A DNA stretch of 64,000 nt from Amphiscolops sp. MND2022 (lineage: Eukaryota): NCBI GenBank assembly GCA_964187785.1, contig OZ076413.1, forward strand, positions 50,408,001 through 50,472,000, written 5' to 3'. The notes under the pieces are model-generated. The model did not search any database and had not been told where the DNA came from. It was given only the letters and a program-made list of their open reading frames with translations. Positions within the stretch are counted from its first letter, which is position 1, and each line of letters starts with the position of its first letter. Below, piece after piece: positions 28,606-42,719 of this stretch. Position numbers and translations under genes: made by a program.

Positions 28606-29247
28606 CTACAAACGGTTTCACTGTTATTTTTCCGATACTCAATTTTTCAGTTGTTTGTACTCGGGTATTGCTAATGCCTAGTACAAGAAAACAGAAAAAG
28701 GCAAGAAAGTCAAGAGGACTAGAGATGTTCTCAAATATAGGAAACCTTGACATAATGATAGGTGAAAGGCACTCTGAGAGAGAAGAAAGTGTAGATAGCA
28801 ATTTAGCTAGGAGGCCAGAAATTGCCCATAGCAATGTGTTTGAAAACAATGAAGAAAACATGTACTTGAATCATAGATAAATGGGATTTGGCGATGATGC
28901 CAATCCCGGACAAAATTCTACAAGCGCTAACTCAAATGCTGAGCTCAACAGGTTGTCAAGTGAGTTAAACTCGAGGATATCTAGAGAAATGGGTGAGATG
29001 ATGAATAGTGTTAATACCTAGATCCAGAGGGCAATTCGTGATGCAATAAGCAGTCAGGTATTGCCTCAGATACAAAATGTTCTGAGGGCCGGGTCCGGAC
29101 ATTTGACACAAAATAGATGGAACGTTCCGGCCGAGAGACCGGAAGTGAATCCCGAAGATCGCCGCAGCGAGAAAACTAAGAACAACTTCAGAAGTGAGCT
29201 TACACGGGAATGTTTTCTTGACAATTGTCAGTAACAAGCTTACGACA
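28606..29247 (+). mobile_element. Fragment of another repeat with a short ORF MPSTRKQKKARKSR..., ending TACGACA (LTR-end-like)
   Basis: Abrupt end of BEL integrase homology at ~28605. Resembles the decayed ORF at 45612-45824. Its first ~120 bp are also present at ~23490-23612. Confidence 0.5.
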
Positions 29248-29959
29248 GCTGGAAATGCACGTGTGTTTGAGAGCTTAATAAGAATTTTTTGAAAGTAGTA
29301 TTTTTTCATTTTCAAGATTTCCATGTCTCGAGAACTATTGTTATAACCCTAGCATTTAAAAACTTAGCATTTCAACACTAGAAATTACAGTTTTCTCTTC
29401 AACGATGTCCCTTAAAACCTCTAGTTTGAAAACGAACTTCGAAAAACAGTACCTTCGTGAACAAAAACTGTTGACAAAAGTTATAAACAACTTTTCTGTA
29501 AAAGAATTTCACTTTGTGATTTTTTCATTAGTTGAAGAGTTCTGGAAAAATGCGTTAAATGAGAGTGCGAGTGAGATATAGTGCGAGAATTGCTAAGTTC
29601 ACAAAAATAGCTGATCTTCAAACTTCCGTATTTTTAAAAAAGAAATTTCTATACAAAAATTTCATTGAGGTTCGAAAATTTTGCAGCTAAATTTTGTTGA
29701 TGCATATCCAAACAAACAACTCGCTTTCATCTTTTCAGCATGCGATGTTGACTGTATCTAGCTTTGTGGTACCCTAGTGTGTTAATGCTGATTAGGGTTG
29801 GCAGAATTATAAGTCAATTTCACAGAGCATTTCGCGGGAAAACAAAAATGAGAGTTTGATGAGAAGATTTTGGACGTGGTAATTTCTTGTAAACTTAACA
29901 CCGGATTTCACAGGGGAAAGGCATGCGACTTCACGCTGGAATTTACGTTAAACTTTTAA

Positions 29960-30140
29960 AAACACATTATTCCAGGTACAAAATAACCAGCTTTTTACAT
30001 TGACTTTCGTCTTTCAAAAACCTAAGAAATCCATTGGTTGAAAATTTGAGTAAAACCTTGCAGAAATGAAGTTTTCATTGATGAACATTTTACTGAATGT
30101 TCAACAAATTAACTTCAAAATCGTTTCTGATCGTAAGTTA
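29960..30140 (+). repeat. Diverged dispersed repeat, second copy at ~32345-32600
   Basis: Shared blocks such as ACATTAT..CAGGTACAAA..CAGCTTTTT.ACATTGACTT and CTAAGAA.TCCATT.GTT.AAA.TTTGAGTAAAA.CTTGCAGAAA. Confidence 0.8.
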
Positions 30141-30248
30141 CAAGCAAAGAAAAGGTCTCCTTCAAGCGGGCATTGGCCCTTGGTAGGTCTTATTTGGTCA
30201 GAAATTTATGTTTGTATACTACTTGTATTTGTATTATGTATGACCAAA

Positions 30249-30600
30249 TGTGGAACGGGTCTCATGTCCAATTGAGACAGTGTTTAGTTCGTTCCCTTCT
30301 CTATTTCTAGAGGAACTCTTTTCTATTAGTACTAAAACTAAGTTCGTCAGTTCGGGACTTTGTCTGTTCATCTCGGAGAACCTTTGGTTTACTGTATGTC
30401 GTTCAATCTCATTTCGATTATATAGTAAGTCTCCATTATCAAATTCGTTTATCTGCTCTCTTGTTAGAACATCAGACACACTGTCTTCGCTCTCTGCATC
30501 ACTGTATCTATCTGTTCCGTTCATACTTGTTGGGATATTTTTAGTTGTCTGAGATCTAGTATTAACCATAAAGGAACAAGACGCCCGCTAAGCACCGGGA
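30249..30600 (-). mobile_element. Retroelement-like fragment with short ORF MVNTRSQ..., with an LTR-end-like TCCACA near its 3' end
   Basis: ORF 30234-30569 begins M-x-x-T-R-S-Q, as does the BEL gag start at 20805. Confidence 0.4.
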
Positions 30601-30659
30601 TATTTTCCTCCCTTTTCGCCTCCATCACTTGAGCCATAGCTATTTTGGGAGGGGAATAG

Positions 30660-30810
30660 GATCTAAATAACAAGATCTAAAATTTAGTGATTTTAGATCT
30701 TATTCCCTTTAGATCTTATTCCCGTCCTGAAGTTTTAGATCTTATTCCCTTTGGATCTTAATCACATTTTCCCAAATTTCCACTTTATAATCTTGTGCAT
30801 CTTAATTCCC
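30660..30810 (+). repeat. Short degenerate repeats of (A)GATCTTATTCCC, MITE-subterminal-like
   Basis: Three exact TAGATCTTATTCCC copies plus variants. Confidence 0.75.
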
Positions 30811-33294
30811 ACTACAGTTACTTGACTCACCATCTACAGTGGTGAGTCAAGTGATGGAGCGTGGAGATTTGGCAGAATTTGGAAAAAAAACGCAACACAG
30901 ATGATGATTTTCCTCCCCATAGAAAATAAGGGTCGGAAAATAAAAATACTGGAGTTTTATGACGTTTTATTGGGTTATTGTAATGAATGGGTTCAAGTAT
31001 TGGTATGATTAGGTTAGTTGTATACGAATATGAATGTGGTTAGCAACTGTACGTTATAACTCCGCAAGTTCTACTGGTGGCACTATCGTACCTGCTATTA
31101 AGTATGTCGATGTGGGTCACGTGACCACATCGACCAACCGCATTGCAGTATTATGGTGGTGTTAATTCGCACCTCGATTAGTAATTGCGCAACTTGAGTT
31201 TAAGCTTGATATTGCACCGAAATATAATGTAATTGTGTTACTATAGTTACATGACTCACTAATTGGTAAATTCGTTTAGTATTGCAATGTGGCAAGGTTG
31301 CCAACATCGTATGAGCAAAAGGTTAATATAAGCGTTGGTTACGAAGTTGAGTGCATTAGAATGAAATCTGGTGGTGGTGTGTATATGTGTTTTATCATAT
31401 AATATATCATATATAATGTATCATTAAATTGATTTAAATGGTACATGTAGAAAATGTATGATTATGGCTGAAAAAGAGCGAAGCTATTTGAAACCTAAAT
31501 ACAAATGATGCATCTGAAAGATTTGAGTTTAGGTTTGATGATGTGGTTTGGTTAACTACATTCTTTAATTGTTTACAGGTTAATTGTTTCAATTAGTATA
31601 GCAATGCTTTTTTTAAATTTTCATGTATCTCTTCCCTGTGGTTCTTTCCTTGAAATTCTGAGAAGTAGAAAACCCCAAATAGAAACAATATTGCGGAATA
31701 AACTTTTTTTGAGAGTTCCGTGTCCGTAGATCAACATGTCGAGTAATTTTTTGTATTGGCAATTTAGTTGTTCAGACTTTCATGTGGGATCATATCTAAA
31801 CGACATTGCATGATACTAAGCTAATATCTCTATAAATGCTATACATTTCAATTCTATATATTCAGTTCAATTTTTGATCCTAAAACATAAACCAAATGCC
31901 AGAGAAAAGGTTTATTTTTGATCTCATACAAATTTCTTCAAAAAAGGAGGGAAAGTATAAATTTGGATATACTAAGAGTTCGCCAAAATTTGAGAGAAAG
32001 ATCCAGGAATGAGAAGGAACTTGATTGAATCCGGGTGAGGATCTACATTAGCAACAGGAATAAATAAGACTGTAAACTTTAAAGGGTGCAACCAATAGGG
32101 AAGAACAGAAATGAAGGATCGTTTGATTTCAAGAAGCTCGCAGAAAATAGTGAGTTAAACAGGGCAAATCCGTAAGATGCTGTTTTGTCTAGTCCAAAGA
32201 AACATGAGCGAAAAAATTCGATATGCAATTAGCAAAACGCTGCAAATGCAAAAATGTGTGAGGGTTTGATGAGAATATTTTGAAAGTGGCAATTTTTAGT
32301 AAAGTTTACGCCGGTTTTAACAGTGGAAAGGGCTGTCATTTTGAAAAACATTATCACAGGTACAAATAATCAGCTTTTTCACATTGACTTCAAGTAACCG
32401 CATTTTCATCACAACTTTCCCGCAATCTAAATATACAACGAAACAATTTTGTTCAGATGAGTTTCTTCATAATGACTTCAAAAATCTAAGAATTCCATTC
32501 GTTAAAAGTTTGAGTAAAATCTTGCAGAAAAGAAGATGATGAACATTTTACTTAAAGTTCAGCAAAATGCTTTCAAAAATGTTTTTGACCGTCAAATGCA
32601 CGCAAGTAATTGAAATTATGCGAATCCAGTTTTTCCCGAAAATGTCACAGTTCCAAACGCCATCGTCAATGCTAATAAACGGAGTCAGTGATCTTGCAAT
32701 ATTCATTCTTTGAAAAGCTGCTGCATTGAATCAAACATGCACAAATGACAAATACGTGTTTGTTTCTTGCTGCAATACTGGAAGTAACCGTCAGGTCGGA
32801 AGCAGATTGCATCATATCCGTATACATAGAAGTATGCTGTTCTCAGATTCTTCTCTGGTAGGGGTAGAACAATTGGAGCCATGTTGCCCGGAGCACGAGA
32901 GAATCGTTGAAACTCGAGGATGCTAAGTAGCAAATAGAGACCGTCAACGGTCTTATAAGTCTCGAATACTGCCTCAGCTTCCGCACCCAAAGGCAACAAC
33001 ACCTTTCAGGAAAGCTGATCTTTAGAACTTTCACTTCATATAGGAAAAACACAATTACCTCCCTTTCACAATCACTCAAGAACTTTGTCATAATCTCACT
33101 TTTTTGTCTAGAAAATTGTCCACGAAAATTTTTGGTGAGTAGCAAATTGACATCTGGAGACATCAAAAAATTCCGAACAAAAACTGGAAACAGAAAAAGG
33201 TGAAAGACCACAATAACTGTCAAATAAACACTAAAAAGTGCGGCAAAACGTCGGAAAAGCGTTTTCGTTGACATAAATCAGTCAATCTTCGAAA

Positions 33295-33930
33295 TATGGT
33301 GTAACGGCACCCTCTGGTATAGCAAAATCAGCCGATTTTGGAATTTTGACATGAAAAGAGTTTTTTTCAAAAGTCTAATTCGATGTGTGACGTGGCATTG
33401 AGTATCTGAGGGCAGACCGAGCGACGCCGAGAGGGAACACGGAAAACAACAAAGCCTGAGAGCTCAGAGAGACTTTAAAAACTCTTAGACAGACACTTTT
33501 TGGTGCTAACACCCGATTTTTAGCATTATCGTACCTTATGTAGCGAAAACTGTGAAAATGAGCCCTTTTGGTTAAAGATCTTTGTTTGGTACTTGAAGCC
33601 CCTGTGCCCCAGCTTGTAGCTATGTGAAGTAACAGTTTGATGTGGTATTTGATGTATTCTTGTTGTGCGTTAACCATATTTACCAACTCGAGAGCTAGTT
33701 TTCTGCAATTTTAGATACTATTCCCTTGTCACCCTGAAGATAGAAAATTGCACTGTTTATTCTTGTCATTGGTTTTACAGGCTGTCTGAACGGTGATTGT
33801 GAGGAGAAAGGCATAATTCCCGTTATTCTCAGCAGTTACAGACTAGACTCAGGCCGGAGAGCATCCATTAGGACGGTTCCCCTTCCTCGGGACCGGCAAC
33901 CTTCTGGAGGCAAAATGGACAAATGCAATA
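33295..33930 (+). repeat. Diverged dispersed repeat, second copy at ~40165-40810
   Basis: Collinear shared blocks: CGGCACCCTC.GGTA, GATGTGTGACGTGGCA, TAGCGAAAAC...AAAATGAGCC, CAGCAGTTACAGACTAG.CTCAGGCCGGAGAGCATCC. Confidence 0.85.
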
Positions 33931-36900
33931 GTGGTCAGTTACCGATCCATACCCATGGTATTGGTTCCTCCAACTCTTGTTCCGGCTAAACGCAAAGTTT
34001 TTTTGGCAACCGCAGAGCGATCGTCTTTGGAAGCGTTCCGTAATGATTGTAAAATTTCAAACTTTCCGCTTTTTGTCCCCAAGAGCGATTTGACTCTGGC
34101 ATGAGATGTTTCCTCAGAGTCTTCCCCTTCTTTTCGTATAATATGATGTTATAATCCATGGTATGTTTCTGTAAAATGATTTCGTTGACATGTATCGTCT
34201 GAAATTGCATCAGTGTGTTCTCTGTTGGCGCCAGTCAATTGCGAGATCAGAAGCTCAAATTCGAACGTGACTGATGAATCTTATAACTCAAAACATTTAG
34301 AAAATTTGTCAAGATTCTATTCGGAAAATTACAATTTTAAGCAAAAATAGTGATGCAGGCAAACACACCATCCCACCCCACCGTTTTTGAGAAGCATTTG
34401 TCAAATGACCTTGAAACTTAGCATCTATAAACTAGAGGTGCTAGCTAAACTTTTCGCTAGGACCATTAGACCTCATATCACCCCTGGGTTCAGAGCAGAT
34501 AACACCCAAAGTGACCTAGGTCGGACCCCATGAAAACCAATTTTTATTGTATCAATTATTTTGTGATTTTCTCATTTGTCCTTGAAGGAAATGTAACTCT
34601 ATTGAAATTAATGATATTTACATTGTGTAAACATACTTTCGAGCCCACTTAACCAACATGTCAAAACCACCACATAGTTTCTTTACTCAGCCAATAACTT
34701 CATTTTATGCTTTAAATTTCGTTTCTTTGTACAACATATTTAACTGATATTTGCTTATATTTACAGTAGAATTATAAACGATATCTATACCATTATTAGA
34801 TAGAGATTTTCTCCACGGAATAGCTATAGTCAAGCTGGGTCTTAGGACCAAGCGACTAATCAATCAATTTCTGAATCTTCACAACTTTTCGCTAGAGTTA
34901 GAGCGACAAAGTAGCTACTCTCATAGTTGGAGAGCCGGAGAGCGTGAAGATACAGTTAGGGAAGTGTGTGCAGAATCACTTCGGATCCAAATCAGTGCAA
35001 AGAGGAATCGCAGGAGATTCCACAGGTCACATCGGACCAACCAGCCACAAGATACAGTCCTTTAAACAAAAAAAAACAGGATTTGTTTAAAAACGGTCCA
35101 CAGTACTAAGCAACGGATCAGGGCGGCGTAAAGCTTGTCAAGCCTCAGCGCAGGATAAGCCGTTATATCCTCTTTTTAGAAGCGCAGTGGACAGTAGCAC
35201 GTTGCTATTGGTGTTTAACAGGTTGTTATTCTAGCTATTTTCAGTGATTTGCACTTATGTACGAGGGGTGAAATTGATGCTTGCGCCATATTCCATCCGA
35301 CGAATAGATGAGCTGAATCGCGTTTCTCCTCTCCCACTTCTCCTACAGACATCATAGAAGGATGGGATTTGACGGAAATTTCAGCAAACGCTGAAGTTGC
35401 CGACGATCCAAATCGTTTGTCTTCAACTTGTCTGGATGTTGAGAAAACGACGGCGAAGGTACCACCACTCATGTCAGAAAAATCGACTTCTTGGAGTATG
35501 GAATTTAAAACTTTTTGAATGCGTATTTTGAAAGCGGAATCGTTTGGTCGTGCTATTTTCCCTGTGTTGTAACTCAGTGAGTGCTTTTTACCTGCTTTCC
35601 TACCTACACTTGCAAAAATAAATGGAAAGCAACCCAAAACATCTTGGGTTCTGCTACATATTGTAACGTCCACCAGAAAAGCCTTCGGAGTAGTTTTTTT
35701 GTCCGCATTTCGAAACGAAAAACCCGGTTTGGCAAACAAAATTGGCAAAAAAACCACCAAAAAACGCCAAATGCTGGAAGAGTGCTAAGTTGTGATGTAA
35801 TCGATTTTTCCGTGCTTGTATTAGTTTGGGGCACACACCATAGAACCAAAATTAGGACTTCACCGGTTTTGAAGCGTCATCTTAGTGATAACTTTTAAAA
35901 AACTTTGATTTTTGACATGTTTCAGGTGTTTAGTGCACATCATCAAAACCTCTAGGGTACTGAGTGTTTTTTCTGATCTGAGAACCTGTGAGTTCTCGCT
36001 TTCTGTTTTTTAGTGGAAATACCGTGTGGGTGTGAAAACCGCATGTGAAAATGCCATTTCAGTTCTGAGGAAAGTTGACAAAATCTGGACTGTCTTAGAA
36101 TCAGGGTGGGTTCATCGATTCGATAACCCTACCTTGAAAGTGGTTGCATTGTCGCAACCGCCACACAGAAATGAACTTTAATGCCGAAAATTTGGTGGGC
36201 GTATCGTTCATAAATTTCGAGAGAAACTCTCTGACTATTCGACTTCAGAATGTTGAAAATGAGCCACAAAATCCAGAACTGCAGTACTGAGGGTGCCTCA
36301 TACATAACGTAACGTTCTTTGGAGTGAATTTTATAGCAAAATTTGTGGAAAAATTGGTAAAAACACTGTTTTTTTCGGAAGTAGTATCTGTACCTGGTCG
36401 GAACCTCTTGTAAGCCTTCGAGCTTCTACCGGACCAATGCAGCAGCAATGTGGGTGCTTGCTGACAGTGACTACAAAGTTTAGTGTTGATTGGTACAATG
36501 CTCGTTGAGAAATTGCGGAAAACAGACAGCACAAAGAGGTGCGCTAAAAGGCGACTTTTTCGAAATTCTTTTTGAAATGCCTGATCATCTCAGTCAACGA
36601 GTGGGGCCGAAGTGATGCCCATCACTGTATCTTATGCTGACTGCTGTTCAATTGCCGAAAAAATACTTGCTAGCTTTGCGCAGTTGACCGGGATCTTGGT
36701 TGACTCATGAAATCCAGTGCAAATTGGAACACAGTGATACTGAGCGTCAATACAGTATTGAAATTCCACCCCGTCACCCCAACCCAAATCGGCGATCATT
36801 CCCGTGGACCTCAGTTCACGTGGGGTTGTTTAGTTGGTTTTGAGCATATTCATGATATCAGTTTAAGTTTTCACCGATACGAAAAGTGGTAAAGTGAATA

Positions 36901-39900
36901 AAAGCCAGATCTACATAAATGGAAACCTGAGAAACCTTCTAGTGGGATTTTCTAGGGGTGAACCCGTTGCTGCACATGTGAATTTTGATCAATATTGAAT
37001 GTTCTTCGATGGATCATAGTATTTCGTTACTTGAAATTGTGATATTTTATTCTGTGTATTGTACCGAGTGTGACCATTTTCTGGATGTGTCGACGCAGAT
37101 TATTGGAAAAATTGGGATTACATTGCCTCGGATTTTTGTTACCAGTGTCAGTTAGTGTGTTGTTGCCGAAAAAGTCAGCTTGCTAGCTCAGCACTGTGGA
37201 CGAGAGCCTAGGATTGCACGTGAAAAATTGTGTCTCCTAAAACACGGTGATACAGAACGGCGGTAACAGATCTAAACCTTGCCCAGTCGCCTGAGCCCCA
37301 ACTTGTGATTATTGCAGTGTACCTGGCAACGCGTGGGATGATTTGACTACTTTTGAGCCCGAACATATGTTTTTTGTGCCTGTACGAGCCACTTGAGTGT
37401 TTTCCAAAAAAAAGGAGAAAAATCCAAAAACCGATGGAAACGTCTCTTGCTTGTAGCTGGAGGTATTTAACTTCTTCGGTAGGTCAATTTTTCAAACATG
37501 TGTGACTAACAAAACATGCTGTGTGATTTTTTGCCCGGTGGGAATAATAAAATTGAAAATGACCTTGCTCAGAAGAATTCTGCCAAAGACTTTGAAAAAC
37601 TACCGGAAAAACCAGCAATACAATACGTTAAAACTCCAGCTTTACAGAAGGCAGAGACAAAAGGACCTTGTAGGCCTTCATGGGTGCAAACGAGACTAAT
37701 CCTTCAGCTCAAAAGAAGTTGCCGGCAGGGTTCATAAGTTTTTGAGTCCACGGAGGTAGGAAATATTGATCCCGCGATAGCCCCAATCAGAGGTTTCAAG
37801 TGCCTGCAAAGCACTTGGGACAATTTTTTTTAAACAGAAAACCTCTATGCGTTACACGATTAGTCTGCGCAGAGTTTTAAGCATCAGAAAACAACCCTAA
37901 TTGATCAGACTTACCAAATATTTTGAGATTTTGGGAAGAGCAACCTCCTAGCAACAAAAATTTCACCGGGTTTTCCGAGTGTAAAAATTCTATCGTCCCA
38001 CTTTGTTGTCCCAATTTGGAGGTATTTTGCAGTGTCAAGTAGCATAAGCACTGAATATCACTTTGAAGAGAACATTTTTGGGTAATTGTCACATATCCAA
38101 ATTCATTAAGTTTGAGAGGTCAATAGAGCGCTCGACTATTCTTTGATGCGCACTATCCAACACTATCACAGCATTTTGCTCGAATAAAAACTTTTCCAGC
38201 CCAACGAGTAGCGTGAAACTTGTGGAGTATTTTTTAGCACGCTCTGACCGTTACAGCTCATGCTGACTTGGACACTGAGACGTATTTTAGATGCGAACAA
38301 GTTCCAGTGAAGCAGTTGGAATCTATCTATGAATTGAAGCGATGGAGGGTCTTCGACCGCCTCCGCTCCATTTGCAAAAGAGGCGGGGGTGCCAGTGCGG
38401 CACAATCATATGATGAACCAGTTTCGAACAGAAAATGAATCCCAAAGGAAAAATCAACATGGTTGATCAATGAACTTGGAGGATCTGATCGTGGAAGACT
38501 GGCGTCTGAGGATCAATAGTAAGTTGCCTCCGACTTTCTAGACTCAATGCCATGTAACTCGCAAGTTACTGAGCCAAAGAGGAACATGATGGCGTCCAGT
38601 TCTAATTCAGTATCGTTATTGGGAAAGTCTCCTCTCCATAAAACCAGTACTCAGAGTAATAAGGCAGATGACAAATATTTAGAGGCCCTGGAGCAGCAGA
38701 TGGATGAGATTTCAGCCTTGTTGTTTAAAAGCGGGCGCCTGCACAATTGCATCCAACAAGTACAGCTCTGCAAGGGCCAGTACTCTTCAGAAGTGTCACT
38801 ATCAATATTCTAATTGACAGAGCAGAACCAATGACACCGTCTACAAAAGACATGGGAGTAGACCCAATTACACTATGTCCAATTGCATTGCAAATAATTT
38901 GACTGTATATCACGCTGGTGACAATGGATTGCTGGAGAGCAACCCCTGCTCAAGCAACACAAAGGATGAACAAATATCAAACTCACCTACTTTGGCTTGC
39001 AACCTTTATTTACCTGTAACAAAATCCATAATGTCAACCTCTCAGTTGCTGCCCCGTTCAAAAAATCTATTGAGCCCCACTCTGCAAAACGTGGTCTACA
39101 GGAATTTAATCAGAGTGACCCGCCAATTTGTATCACTTGGGTGCGTGGTGGTTAAGCTAAAATTTGGACAACTGGACATAGACGTGGTCGACCACCATGC
39201 TTTTCCTGTAAGCACTCATAGCTAAAAGTGCTGCTTCCTCTTAATGATGGACGTGGTCATGGTCGTCCACCACGCTCAGCCACGGAGACTTTTCTACTAC
39301 CGTGGTAACATCGACTGAAGGGACATAGGCGTGGCGGCCCTCCTAACAAGTATTCTAATCTTGAGACAAACTTAGCTTTTAGTTTATCCTCCTGCCTTGT
39401 CCGTGTTGGGCATTCTCTTCTGCCCATTTCCTGCTATCATCATGTCAAGAAGAGGTTACAATGACCAAGACCCGGGGAGTCAACTAGAGCCCGGGAGCCC
39501 AGTTGAGGATGAAAACACCCAAAGAATCCACGATTCGAATGGACAACGCCCGGAGGATTTCACTACGTTTGATAAAGGACACGTGGCAGCGTGATGTTCT
39601 CTTTGAAGCAGTTACTTCTGCAACTTGAATTATGCAAAACTTCAGTGATAGTCAACGTACGTCGTCATGTTTTGTTAATAAACTTCCCCGAGATCTTTGA
39701 ATGAGAATACTTCCGTGGAGGCAATTCGTATCCCCAAAAGTCCAAAGCCTCTACATGTATCACTTGGCCGAAACGTGGTACTTTAGTTTTCGAGTAGTTT
39801 TCCCAAAGTTTCTAGTTTTTCTTCCAGGTTTCAATGTGATTCTCAAAAAATACGGACCTCGCGTGCTCCAGATATCTCAATTGCAGGAGTTCCTCAATCT

Positions 39901-42719
39901 TTGACTTATTCATTCCCCTGCTTAATCTCAAGAAGTTGGTAGTTCGCTTTTGATGCGCTCCTTAGCAGATGCTACTGAAAACTTCACAGGTATGGAGCTG
40001 CGCATCAGTGCGTGTTGACCAAACGAAGACGAAAAATTTTTGATGACAACCGCGTGCGCCGCAGAGCTCAAAGTTGCCCAATCAGCGAAAGATGACAGTG
40101 CCACTGTACCCTTGCAACATCACCAGTTTGAACTCCAAGTCGATAAGACCCGGAGAGTGAAGGAGCGGCACCCTCCGGTACATCGGAATAGGTCGATTTT
40201 GAAATTTTGACATGTACAGAAAGTTGGTCAAAAATACTAATTTGATGTGTGACGTGGCACGGGGATGCAATTTCAGTTTCTGCTGTTTTTGCCCTTATCA
40301 AGGGCAGACCCAGCAAAATCGAGCGGAAGCACGGAGAGCGACAGAGCTTGAGATGTCAGAGGGACTGTAAAAACACTTAGAATGACCCTTTTCCGGTGTT
40401 GAGACCCGGGTTTTGCCGATTGTCAGCATAATGATACCCTATGTAGCGAAAACAATAAAAATGAGCCTTTTTGATTCCATCTTTGATACTTGAAGCGCCT
40501 TCGCCGAAGCTTGTAGCTGTTGGACTGCCAGTTTGATGTGTTATTTGATGTATTCTTGCTGGATTTAGCCATATTTATCAACCCGAGAGCTAGTTTTATA
40601 TACTTTTCCCACGTTGCTCTGAAGATGGAATTTTACACAGTTTTTTCTCGGCATTGTTTTTACAGGCTGTCTAAACGGTGGTTTTGGGAAGAAAAGCATA
40701 ATGCATGTTGTTCACAGCAGTTACAGACTAGGCTCAGGCCGGAGAGCATCCTTCAAAACGGTTCCCTCTCCTTGCGACCGGCAACCCTCTGGAAGGAAAA
40801 GGATCTAATGCCATTGTGGTCATCCCGGATCTATATGCATGGTGTTGGAGTGAGAATTGGAAACATGATTTACCAAGGCATTGTAACTTGGAATTCCGGG
40901 TCTTCTCACTGGAATGCTAAATTCGTTTTCCTCTCTTTCAAAGTGATTGATATCTAGCATTAATCCATGTTTTCTATGTCTGTAAGCATATCAGCGTTTC
41001 TAGATTTCCTAGCTTTACTTTTCTGGTTTTTTTGTAGTTGGCATGAAGAATCTCCGAATATGAATGTTTAATTAATTCTATCGGAAAAAAAAATAATTTT
41101 GAGTCGGTTTGAACGGTAGGTTAGTTCTGAAAAGTTGTGTCATGAGCTTCGAGGAATCAGGGTTATATACACTCCCGTCACCATGACACTCGCATTTTTT
41201 ACATTTTCCAACAAGTAATAACAACAACATTTCAAGCATATCTAAGAAGTATTTCCCGGGATCATCATCAACAATTTTTTGATATTGCGCCAACATCATC
41301 TATATCAAAGCGCTGAAAGGTTTCAGTTCAAAGCAACCTATACATATTCGGAAAATTATGTCACCTGACCGCAACTAAATTCAAAACTTCAAATGAACAA
41401 ATGCGACTGCAATATTTGAAATATGCCATAGCACAATTGGATACTTGCCTAAGCACGTACCGCAAAAGGTCACAAAAACATCAGCCATTAACTTTACATG
41501 TTACTACAGCATTATAATATAGCCTTACAGGGCTGTCCGGCTGGTAGTTATTTTATTTTGTCGGCTAGCTTAGGTAAAGAGATTGGTTCAGATGACTTAT
41601 ACTTTAACTAGCAACCAGCTCTCTAAATACCAATAAAAATATTCATTAATATAACATCTGAGCATCTAAATACTACATAAGCATTTAACTATTTTTTAAA
41701 TTAAAGCATATACAGCGCTTTGAACATTTGTTACTTTATTTGGCCTAATCTCTATTGTTGTACAACGAGCGTTTAGACAAACGGCCGTAACTGGCAAATA
41801 ATGCTACTGCATTATGAAATGGTGAGCTATGATTGGTCAATGAGGTTCCTGTAAGTATCGCTGCGGTAAAAGTACGGGAGCTCATTTGAACTCGTTTCCG
41901 TACTTCTACGCAGTGTATTACGTTTGCTTAGCTCTCTTCATTCGTAATTCATTGGTTAACATAATCTACTGCTTTTAGCAAATCCGACTCTTGATCTGAA
42001 TATTTCTGATCGTAATATTTAACAGACTAATATCAAATCCAAATCCAATGTTATTATTAAATACAACAATCCATATCATAATAAAACAAGCTAGATTATA
42101 TTAACGAGGTGAAAGTTTTAGTTTTAATAGATCGGGAGAAGTCCCGGGGCGATCTTTTGTTCGTATGCGGACTTCGTATATTTCATGCTGCCACAGCAAA
42201 ATTCCCGGATTGAACCGTTTTCAGGAAAACGAAAAACAGTTAATGGAACATTAGGTAACTTCTAAATAATTGTGTTTTCACCCCGAACGTTAGCAACTTG
42301 ACAATGTTGTTCCGGAGGATGGAGTTTTGGGAAAAGAACCTTTACGGAACACCATTTAATTCTCACCTACCTTTCATGACCAATTAACTCGATTTTTGAT
42401 TATTTTCAGGCGATCAAGCATGCCAACTTCAGAAGACCACCATCTAGTCGCCAAGCATTCAAGTTAAAGGTTGAGATAAAAACGGACACGGCGCGTTATG
42501 CTGCCGGAAAACGTCCTACGCAGTAAAACTGATATCTTAACACTTGAATATTTAGTCGAGTTTACTGGCCCGTCGTTGTTTATTAGACATTCTGTTCCAT
42601 CATTGGTGTTGAAAAATCAGAGTACCATTTTCTCTGCGCAATTCAGTTGTTTCAGAATGTTTTTGCTGACTTGGTGTCTCGGTGGACAACGAAAAAATTT
42701 GAAGCATTTCGTCCTCGTA

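Noticed and set aside
35215..35760. 181-codon minus-strand ORF
   Set aside because: No ATG start and no recognisable motif, in a degenerate repeat region.
38100..39600. Possible gag-like remnant (LEALEQQMDEISALL, Arg/Gly-rich tail)
   Set aside because: No intact zinc knuckle or other diagnostic motif could be read.
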